DNA of 44,653 nucleotides from Saprospiraceae bacterium (GTDB lineage Bacteria; Bacteroidota; Bacteroidia; Chitinophagales; Saprospiraceae): NCBI GenBank assembly GCA_043778315.1, contig JAYWGJ010000076.1, positions 1 to 44,653 of the forward strand, read 5' to 3'. Shown piece by piece: positions 10,281 to 17,240 of this stretch (position 1 is its first letter; each line of letters starts with the position of its first letter). The notes under the pieces were generated by a model. It saw only the letters and a program-made list of their open reading frames with translations, ran no database searches and was not told where the DNA came from. The position numbers and the translations under genes were made by a program.

Positions 10281-10318
10281 AAAAGCCGCCGCGTTGCAAA
10301 ACGTGTGCGGCTTTTTTT
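10281..10318 (+). terminator. Rho-independent terminator, likely for the adhesin transcript
   Basis: AAAAGCCGC ... GCGGCTTTTTTT hairpin with additional inner pairing, followed by a T-run. Confidence 0.7.
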
Positions 10319-10320
10319 GT

Positions 10321-10425
10321 GTCCCAGTACGTCAGAACACTGTTCCGACGTGCGTATCGCCAAAACGCTGTTTTGGCACACTTGTCCCGACGTGCGCGCC
10401 ACCAAAACAGCGTTTTGGCACACTC
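10321..10425. repeat. REP-like element, two tandem ~42-bp units each ending in a CCAAAAC-NNN-GTTTTGG hairpin plus CACACT
   Basis: TGTTCCGACGTGCGTATCGCCAAAACGCTGTTTTGGCACACT is followed by TGTCCCGACGTGCGCGCCACCAAAACAGCGTTTTGGCACACT. Related copies occur at 19348-19400 and 33599-33653. Confidence 0.8.
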
Positions 10426-10429
10426 TAAT

Positions 10430-10950
10430 AAACCCTTATTTTATTACAATAATATATTTATTTGCAATAAAAAACCGTTATATTGCAATTATAAAAAACT
10501 TTATTGCTATTGTAAACTAACAGATTTATAAAGAAAATAAGCAGTCTTACAAAGAAAAGTATTTTATTTCCAATGTAATTGAATTTATTTCCCAACAAAC
10601 CTACAATCTTTCCAAAGAATTTTTTTGAGTTTCCAAAGTAATATTTTAGTTTATAATGAAAATATTTTAGTTTACAATACTAATTTTTTAGTTTACAATA
10701 GTAATAATAGTTATTTTATAAAAAAAATAGTAAAATTATTTGGCAATATAAAATATTAGTAATACATTTGCAAAGTATTTATAGGTAAATAAATAGCTGC
10801 CTATTGTAATACAATAGCTGATAATAAAAAATCAATAGCTGACAAGTGTAGATTAATGACTGCCTAATGTAAACTAATAGTTGTTAAATATAATGTAACG
10901 TTTGCCTAATGTAAACTAATAGTTGCCTATTACAAACCAATGAAAAATAA
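10430..10950 (+). repeat. Array A: ~25 degenerate 21-bp-phased repeat units, paralogous to array B (18060-18625)
   Basis: TTTCCA/TTTCCC words at 10567, 10588, 10609 and 10630. TTTAYAAT words at 10650, 10671 and 10692. TGCCTAATG at 10861 and 10903. A 29/29-nt match and a 39/40-nt match to array B. Confidence 0.85.
10739..10770 (+). promoter_or_regulatory. Bacteroidota sigma-A-type promoter (TTTG-N20-TACATTTG) embedded in array A
   Basis: TTTG at 10739-10742 and TAnnTTTG (TACATTTG) at 10763-10770. The surrounding 40 nt are 39/40 identical to 18399-18438. Confidence 0.6.
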
Positions 10951-10989
10951 GTGCAGGTTAATACTTTATAAAAGTAAACTTTTACCAAT

Positions 10990-11027
10990 AAAATAGCCAA
11001 TACAGTATTATCTGTATTGGCTATTTT
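10990..11027. terminator. Bidirectional intrinsic terminator (perfect 16-bp stem)
   Basis: AAAATAGCCAATACAG-TATTAT-CTGTATTGGCTATTTT, with A/T runs on both sides. It sits downstream of the minus-strand operon end (11156) and downstream of the array-A promoter. Confidence 0.8.
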
Positions 11028-11155
11028 ATTGTGGAGAATAGAGAGATACTACCCGAGTAAAAAATTATAAAAAACTAAATTATGTAGTAATTAGCAATTA
11101 TTTATCGTTAATTATATTGATGCAACAATTAGGTTTCTATGAAAATACTTATAAG

Positions 11156-11647
11156 TTAATCAACTTTAAAAACTTTTTTAGTTTCAATTTTTTCTTTGTC
11201 TTGTATAGTAATATAATACACACCTGATGAAAACTGTGTAAGCTCCAAAACGTATTCACTTCCTGAAACAATATATGTTGCCAACTGTTTACCCATAGCG
11301 TCGTGTATGCTAAGTATTGCGTTTTCAACGGTATTGACAAAGAAAACATTTACAGCGTCGCGAGTAGGATTAGGTTGCAAAGACCCTATTATAGCTTTTT
11401 TGTCGTCTGTTGTTGCACTATTTTCTTTTGTTTTAGGATTTGTTGCGGTAGGCGCAACACGACTTGCTGCTCCTATACAAGTGCAAACTTGTTCTCGTTT
11501 AGTTCTGTTACCCGCCGCGTCATAGCTTAGTTTTATAACACAAACTGTTTGTTGGTCAGGAGAGCAAGCGGTAGGTAGCTGTGCGGATACTGCGCTCAAT
11601 TGGATAAAACTGATAATAAAAGCGGAGGCGATTTTAATTTTTTGCAT
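11156..11647 (-). CDS. Small secreted protein with one YD/RHS-type repeat and a T9SS C-terminal sorting domain
   Basis: Signal peptide MQKIKIASAFIISFIQLSAVSAQ. An LSYDAAGNRTKRE motif (YD repeat). C-terminal LQPNPTRDAVNVFF...GVYYITIQ...KVFKVD typical of a T9SS CTD. Confidence 0.7.
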   Translation of the reverse strand: MQKIKIASAFIISFIQLSAVSAQLPTACSPDQQTVCVIKLSYDAAGNRTKREQVCTCIGAASRVAPTATNPKTKENSATTDDKKAIIGSLQPNPTRDAVNVFFVNTVENAILSIHDAMGKQLATYIVSGSEYVLELTQFSSGVYYITIQDKEKIETKKVFKVD

Positions 11648-11683
11648 AACTGTATTTATTTATAAGGTAAGTAGAAAAAAATC

Positions 11684-12403
11684 TTAGAAAAAACGGTGAA
11701 AACCTAATCTGAACGCAAGTCCAGTTCGGGTAAGTACGGCGGGAACATCGCCCGTATAGTTAAAGTAGGATATGCGAACCCTACCTGTGCCGCTTTCCGA
11801 CGACCAGTGATAGTGTCCTGAGAAGTCTAAGGTGGCATTAGGAGAAATATGATAGGCTATACCTGCGCCTACATAGCCGTTCGTTCCTAATAACGGATAT
11901 GTTTTTTTGAGCGTATCTGGTTTGTTGAGACCGAATGCTTGATTAGTATATATATGGTTTTGGTCAGTACCGCCTAAGCCATACGAAAACTCGGGATATA
12001 CATCGACCCGCTTGCCGACCGCTATATAGTAGCGCGCAAGCAGCCCTACATTCCAGTGCGTCGCTGTAATGGTATCGCTCCGACTAGAATATTTGGGCTG
12101 CCATAAATACGCAGCGTTCACGCCGAGCATAACCCGCCGCGCAAATTTATAGCCTACTTGCGCACCAATCCCTAATTGTGAAATACCTGCATCGCGGTAG
12201 TCACCCGCTATCTGTAGCGTAGGTGTATCTTCCAAGATTAGGTGCTGAGTATGGTTGCTATAAACGAAATGTACGCCGAGTACCACGCAGTTTTTTTGTG
12301 GAAAAAAAGATTTTGCACCTGTGTTTGGCTTTTTTTGTGCTACTACCACAGAGGCAAAGCAAAATAGAAAGCCAATAATAATACTGTTTTTTGGGAATAA
12401 CAT
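11684..12403 (-). CDS. Outer-membrane beta-barrel (OMP_b-brl/porin-like) protein
   Basis: Signal peptide, alternating aromatic/Gly beta-strand pattern, and a C-terminal aromatic residue (LGFHRFF). Confidence 0.65.
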   Translation of the reverse strand: MLFPKNSIIIGFLFCFASVVVAQKKPNTGAKSFFPQKNCVVLGVHFVYSNHTQHLILEDTPTLQIAGDYRDAGISQLGIGAQVGYKFARRVMLGVNAAYLWQPKYSSRSDTITATHWNVGLLARYYIAVGKRVDVYPEFSYGLGGTDQNHIYTNQAFGLNKPDTLKKTYPLLGTNGYVGAGIAYHISPNATLDFSGHYHWSSESGTGRVRISYFNYTGDVPAVLTRTGLAFRLGFHRFF

Positions 12404-12418
12404 AAAGATTAAACGAAT

Positions 12419-12757
12419 TTATTTGTGAAAAAAGCTGAATATATACTCTATTACACCCCTAATGATAGGGATAAGGAATAAAATAAAAAAAAGTATATTG
12501 ATACCCCCAATTAAGATACGATACCTATCTGTATCCTCCTCGATAGTATAAAAATAGTATAGGTTAAGCAATAAAAATATACTAATCGATATACCTTTAA
12601 GTAGCATGATTGTATCGAGGTGTTGGGAGCCAAAGGCAGTGCCAAGCAGCCTGAAATGCAAATTATCTACTACCACTACCAATATTCCAGATAGAATGAC
12701 AGTAATAGGGATTTTTTGAATAAAAGAGATGAAACGCATATATTTTAGATTAATCAT
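12419..12757 (-). CDS. Small polytopic membrane protein (candidate immunity protein 2)
   Basis: 112 aa with about 3 hydrophobic helices. Very AT-rich. Overlaps the upstream ORF by 8 nt. Confidence 0.55.
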   Translation of the reverse strand: MINLKYMRFISFIQKIPITVILSGILVVVVDNLHFRLLGTAFGSQHLDTIMLLKGISISIFLLLNLYYFYTIEEDTDRYRILIGGINILFFILFLIPIIRGVIEYIFSFFHK

Positions 12758-13091
12758 ATTTATTACATATTAACGCCATACTCCATATCCATATCAGATA
12801 ATAGATGCAGGTCATAATACCCAGATTTTTCAGGGCTTTGGGCGAGACAATGCAGCGGCTGTACACCAATATTACGATAGGTGCCAATAAAAACGAGACA
12901 ATATTTAAAATAAGAAATATCCCGAGATTATTTTCACAATCTTCTTTAGTGTAGAAATCGAGGCTTGAAATAGATATGAAGTATATTACTATATTGCATA
13001 ATATGGTTAATAAATTTACGATAAAGCCAAAATACAAGGCGTATTTTAGTAGAGATACCATTATTAGTTTTTTTTGATTCATCATTATCAT
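12750..13091 (-). CDS. Small polytopic membrane protein (candidate immunity protein 1)
   Basis: 113 aa with about 3-4 hydrophobic helices. Very AT-rich. ATGA 4-nt overlap with the upstream ORF. Confidence 0.55.
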   Translation of the reverse strand: MIMMNQKKLIMVSLLKYALYFGFIVNLLTILCNIVIYFISISSLDFYTKEDCENNLGIFLILNIVSFLLAPIVILVYSRCIVSPKALKNLGIMTCIYYLIWIWSMALICNKYD

Positions 13092-13495
13092 TTTAATAGT
13101 TTAGCGGCATCAAAAAGCGTTTGCCACTCTCCTACACCACCATGTGCTTCAAAAAATTTCTTACCTACCCAGCCATATTCATAAGGAGCATTCCGGTTAG
13201 TTAACCGGCTCCATATATCCGCCTCATTAGCAGTTGTAGCAGTCATACCGAACAACTCTACCCTGCCATCGGATAAAACATGCGCACGGGTACCATCTGG
13301 CATTTTATACACCTGTGTTTGAGAGTATTTAGTGGCGATGCCATCTACTTCACATTCTATGCCCAGAGTATGACCTGGTTCTACAAAGTCCCCTATACCC
13401 GTGGAGTGTGCCTCGTCGCCTGGTTTGTAGGGTACTCTAGATTTTGCTGCCATTGATAATCCTATATTTAGGTTCATTATAAACGACCTCAGCAT
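13088..13495 (-). CDS. Soluble 121-135 aa protein of unknown function, overlapping the end of the Rhs gene. Alternative ATG starts at 13477 and 13453.
   Basis: Open frame +1 relative to the Rhs frame. No TM segments. I recognise no motif. Confidence 0.45.
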   Translation of the reverse strand: MLRSFIMNLNIGLSMAAKSRVPYKPGDEAHSTGIGDFVEPGHTLGIECEVDGIATKYSQTQVYKMPDGTRAHVLSDGRVELFGMTATTANEADIWSRLTNRNAPYEYGWVGKKFFEAHGGVGEWQTLFDAAKLLK

Positions 13496-16400
13496 CCATC
13501 TTATCTATAGATGCGTAGTACCGCTCAGGAATGCGGTAGGTACGGTAGCTACCTGTAAAAAAATCCTTGCGTTCCGATACGGCTTTTAGTCCGCCTAATA
13601 TTCCGCCCGTGACTGCGCCTGAAAAGCCACCCATAAAAAAACCCTGCACAGCACCGCCTAATACTTCCTGCCCTGATTTTCCTTGAAATACTGCCGTTAA
13701 TGCACCCGAAGCCGCACCGCTTGCCGCGCCACTTATCGCACCTTGTGTAGCTCCCGCGACAGCACCACTAGTTGCGGTAAATACCACACCTGCGCCCGGT
13801 ATAGCCGCTATACCCGCCACGCTCGCCGCGCCTACTAAGCCGCCGACCGCGCCTATAACCGCGCCTTGCCCAAAAGATTTGGCAAAGGTATTGAATTGAA
13901 ATTTACCGTCGGCATCAAACATATTGTCCCAATTACTGAGTACACCTATCCCCGCGCCTACTGCCATTGCTATCAGTAGCGGGTGTTCGCCGTTAGGGTC
14001 GGTATATTTTAATGGGTTATTGGTGACGTAAATATAGCGATTATAGCCTTGTGTACCCGCGCCCGCGTAGTTGTCGGGCGAAAGCATACTTGCCATTACG
14101 GGGTCGTAGAGCCTGCCATTCATATTAATCAGCGCAAAATTGCGTAGGTCTTCATGCCCTGTATAGCCTCGGTACAACCAGGTAGGCGTAGCTACGGGTG
14201 CGGTAGTCGTAGTCCAATTAGTGGTGTTGCGCCTGCGTCCCCACGGGTCAAAATTTTGCTCCGCTATAATATTACCCGTATTATTGGTGAGGGTGACGAT
14301 GCTACCCAAATGGTCAGTATAAACGGTATAGTAAGTATCGATGCCATTGGTACGCACCGCTATTGCGCAAAGCCCATTGCCACCATCAATATAGTGTATT
14401 TCATTGGTGGTGCTACCCAATACTTGTTTTTCGTAGTTACCAAAAAAGTAGCGTATCTCCTTAGCAGTACCGTTAAGGGTTTCTACCGTTTTGCGCCGTT
14501 GGTAATCTGGGGCGTAGCTCAATGTGAGCGCGTAGTTATTTTCGGTAATAGTATTGGGCTGATTGAAAGTGGTGTAAGTCACCAATTGCGTCTGTGGACT
14601 AATATTGCTAAATCCATCTATTTGCGCAATCATATTCGTTTTGGTTGGATTATAGGAATAGCTACCCGCGTCACTTTTGGTCGTTATATTGCCATTTTGT
14701 GGGTAAGTATTATTATACAAAGTGCCGCCTGCTACCTGCCAAGCGGTGAGGCGGTTGAGGTTATCGTAAGTGAAGTTTTCGGTTTTATTTTTGAGGACAT
14801 CTGTCCGACTACTCAAATTACCCGTAAAAATATTCCATTCGGCATGATAATTTTGCACGGTAGGTGTTATACTTGTTCCCGAGCCAGTACCTGCCTTGTA
14901 GTCGGTGGCTACGCCATAGCTATTATAAGTAATATTGGAGCTTAATCCATTACCTAATTTGTAGTTGGTGTATCTACCCAATGCATTAGTCGCGTTCGCG
15001 ACCTGTGCATCAAACAGCAAATTGCCAGCAGCATTTTTGACCGTCAGCAAATTGCCACGGCTATCGTAGGTTCTATTTACCACCAACCCTGACGGATAGG
15101 TAGTGCCGATTAGGTTACCATAAATATCGTAAGTGGTCGTGGTTTGCGCAATAGTACCGTCTGCCAGTGTTTCTTTGATAAGATTTTGCCGACCATAGCT
15201 ATCGTAACCCAACTCTTGGGTCATGCCCAAACCTGTAACTTTTTTTAGTTTACTAACACCCGTACCTGTAAGGTAGTATTCGTAGGTAGTGATGCCTTCG
15301 GGCGCAGTTCGGTTGGTGACACGTCCAAATTTATCGTAAGTTAGGACAGAAATCCCACCTTTACTATCTTTTTGATACACCAACTCCCCAAAACTATTAT
15401 GTTGATAGGTAGTAGTACCTGCGTTCGCATCTATTAGTTTGGTTTGTCTGCCTTTATTATCATACTCAAAAGTAGTTACTACTACCCCGTTCATGCTCAA
15501 GGCGGTTTGATTGCGCTGACTGTTGTAAGTATAATTTAAAACGCCTCCGTTATCTTCATCACTGATGGTTACACCTGTGATGTCGGTTGTTTTTTTTGTA
15601 ACGATACCATCGGGCGTAGTAATCGCGATAGTCGTATTTTGCGCACCATAAACATAGTTGTATGTGGTGGTTTTAGCACCCACTACCGTACTACTTATTC
15701 TATTGTAGGCATCGTAGGTATTGGTAGTGTTCACGAGTGGCGTTTCTCCCTGAAAATAAGGTATAGTTTGGGTTATAACCCGACCAAGCGCATCATAGGT
15801 GCGGACTAACTCTGTCCATTGCGTCCCGCGAGCCTCCATTTGTACTTTGTAGTCTAAACCAAACTTATTATACCAAGTTTTTGTGGTTGGCGCGCCGTCG
15901 GTAAGTACGGTAGAATAGTAGTTAGGGTTGGCGGGGTTGGATAAATCCCAAGTCCAAGTAGTGGTAGTGGTGACACCCGTAGGCGATATTACTTTTTTGA
16001 TTTTGCCCATTACATCATACTCGTAATTGGTGACCCAATTGTCGGTGGGTACGCTATACGCCGCACCCGTAAAAGGTTTGGTTTTGCGTAGTACGCTACC
16101 AAATAAAGGGTGATGTACCCAAGATGCAGACACTTCCAAATCTCCCCATGTATTGCCAGTTGCCGAAACGTATTTATCACTTCCGTAGCTCGCTGCTCGA
16201 AATTCATTGTGTACCGTAGTGATGGGCGTAGCCGTACCCACCACAGTATAAGTAGTGGTGCTGGTTTCGTCGTAAATAAAACCCGTAGGCTGATAAGTGT
16301 AAGCGGTTTTGACACCGCCGCCTACATTATAAAAATCTTCTTTGTCTTTTATCGAGCCGTTAGCATTATAATTAAAATGCAACTGATTGGTAAATGATGG

Positions 16401-17030
16401 TTGCGTGCCTCGTTGTTTGGTTACTATTATGTCTGTCGAGCGCGCAGGTAGCCACGAGTTGTATAGTGGACTTATACTATATGTAGTGGTAGTGGTGGTA
16501 GTTTCAATCTTCAAACTGACTAACCGTGGATTTGGGTTTTGATTAGAGGCATCGCGCTCTATGCGCACCAATAACAAATCTGCCCGACCATCGCCGTTAA
16601 AATCGGTGGTGATAAAAGATTGCCGACCAAACCCTATGGGGTTATCAGAAAAAGTCCAGTTAGCATCTGATAAGCTACCCGAGGCAGTTTGTACATAATT
16701 ACCAGTAGTTGCAGTTTTGATAAAAACGCGCCAAGCTCTGTGGCATTTTTGTAAAGTTGTCCAATTCGGTACAGACCTATATTCATAATCTGCCACTAGT
16801 ATATCGGTAACACCATCGGCGTTGAAATCCGCCTCAAAAATATCCGCATTGCTATAGCTACCCGCACCTACGCCAAATAAAGACACAGTAGTATTGGTGT
16901 TAGTCTCAAAATTTACAGGTTGGCTACCATATTTAAAACTAGTGTTATTGTATTTAGCAACTCCGTCTGGTCCCGTTTGAACTACATCTTTTAAAAGACT
17001 GTAAGATGTACCATCAGTAGCATACACCAA
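13437..17030 (-). CDS. RHS/YD-repeat polymorphic toxin, C-terminal 1,197-aa fragment (FG-GAP/VCBS propeller, RHS cocoon, PLKYTDPNGE core end, glycine-zipper payload). Same reading frame as 17241..18011.
   Basis: DFNADGVTDILVAD and DFNGDGRADLLLV (FG-GAP). Many YDxxGR/YD repeats (TYDALGRV, TYDKFGRV, GYDSYGRQ, TYDSRGNL). Core-end motif GHEDL...NMNGRLYDP...RYIYVTNNPLKYTDPNGE. Confidence 0.9.
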   Translation of the reverse strand: MVYATDGTSYSLLKDVVQTGPDGVAKYNNTSFKYGSQPVNFETNTNTTVSLFGVGAGSYSNADIFEADFNADGVTDILVADYEYRSVPNWTTLQKCHRAWRVFIKTATTGNYVQTASGSLSDANWTFSDNPIGFGRQSFITTDFNGDGRADLLLVRIERDASNQNPNPRLVSLKIETTTTTTTYSISPLYNSWLPARSTDIIVTKQRGTQPSFTNQLHFNYNANGSIKDKEDFYNVGGGVKTAYTYQPTGFIYDETSTTTYTVVGTATPITTVHNEFRAASYGSDKYVSATGNTWGDLEVSASWVHHPLFGSVLRKTKPFTGAAYSVPTDNWVTNYEYDVMGKIKKVISPTGVTTTTTWTWDLSNPANPNYYSTVLTDGAPTTKTWYNKFGLDYKVQMEARGTQWTELVRTYDALGRVITQTIPYFQGETPLVNTTNTYDAYNRISSTVVGAKTTTYNYVYGAQNTTIAITTPDGIVTKKTTDITGVTISDEDNGGVLNYTYNSQRNQTALSMNGVVVTTFEYDNKGRQTKLIDANAGTTTYQHNSFGELVYQKDSKGGISVLTYDKFGRVTNRTAPEGITTYEYYLTGTGVSKLKKVTGLGMTQELGYDSYGRQNLIKETLADGTIAQTTTTYDIYGNLIGTTYPSGLVVNRTYDSRGNLLTVKNAAGNLLFDAQVANATNALGRYTNYKLGNGLSSNITYNSYGVATDYKAGTGSGTSITPTVQNYHAEWNIFTGNLSSRTDVLKNKTENFTYDNLNRLTAWQVAGGTLYNNTYPQNGNITTKSDAGSYSYNPTKTNMIAQIDGFSNISPQTQLVTYTTFNQPNTITENNYALTLSYAPDYQRRKTVETLNGTAKEIRYFFGNYEKQVLGSTTNEIHYIDGGNGLCAIAVRTNGIDTYYTVYTDHLGSIVTLTNNTGNIIAEQNFDPWGRRRNTTNWTTTTAPVATPTWLYRGYTGHEDLRNFALINMNGRLYDPVMASMLSPDNYAGAGTQGYNRYIYVTNNPLKYTDPNGEHPLLIAMAVGAGIGVLSNWDNMFDADGKFQFNTFAKSFGQGAVIGAVGGLVGAASVAGIAAIPGAGVVFTATSGAVAGATQGAISGAASGAASGALTAVFQGKSGQEVLGGAVQGFFMGGFSGAVTGGILGGLKAVSERKDFFTGSYRTYRIPERYYASIDKMDAEVVYNEPKYRIINGSKI

Positions 17031-17240
17031 GTCATAAGTGCTAAATGTGCGAACTGTACCATCAAGTGCATTCTGAACAGTTATAGTTATCTTTGATAGT
17101 AACGATACCGTAGATACGGTAGTTCCGCCGCCCGTGTATAAAAAATTCTTATCTGAGCGAGTAATATAAGTAAATTTTACTTTATTCAGAGCTACTTCGC
17201 CCGAACTACTATTACTAGTGTAGGCTATTTCTTTAATACG

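Noticed and set aside
10272..10531. Two overlapping small ORFs (82 and 70 aa) downstream of the adhesin terminator.
   Set aside because: They are translated straight through the REP-like hairpin units and the start of the AT-rich 21-bp array. Both frames are open only because of repeat composition, and there is no start context.
10430..10950. Possibility that the arrays are plasmid-type iterons or a chromosomal origin.
   Set aside because: I saw no DnaA-box-like TTATCCACA words, no rep, dnaA or par genes nearby, and there are two copies 7 kb apart. This cannot be fully excluded without a genome-wide GC-skew analysis.
14154..14945. Long antisense or alternative-frame ORFs inside large genes. 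Examples: 14154..14945, 20896..21369, 22810..23439, 31639..32286, 28277..28798, 38968..39390, 25229..25965.
   Set aside because: Each lies entirely within a much longer ORF on the opposite strand or in another frame, and that longer ORF has clear family motifs. Their compositions (Arg/Ser/Cys-rich, low complexity) are typical of shadow ORFs.
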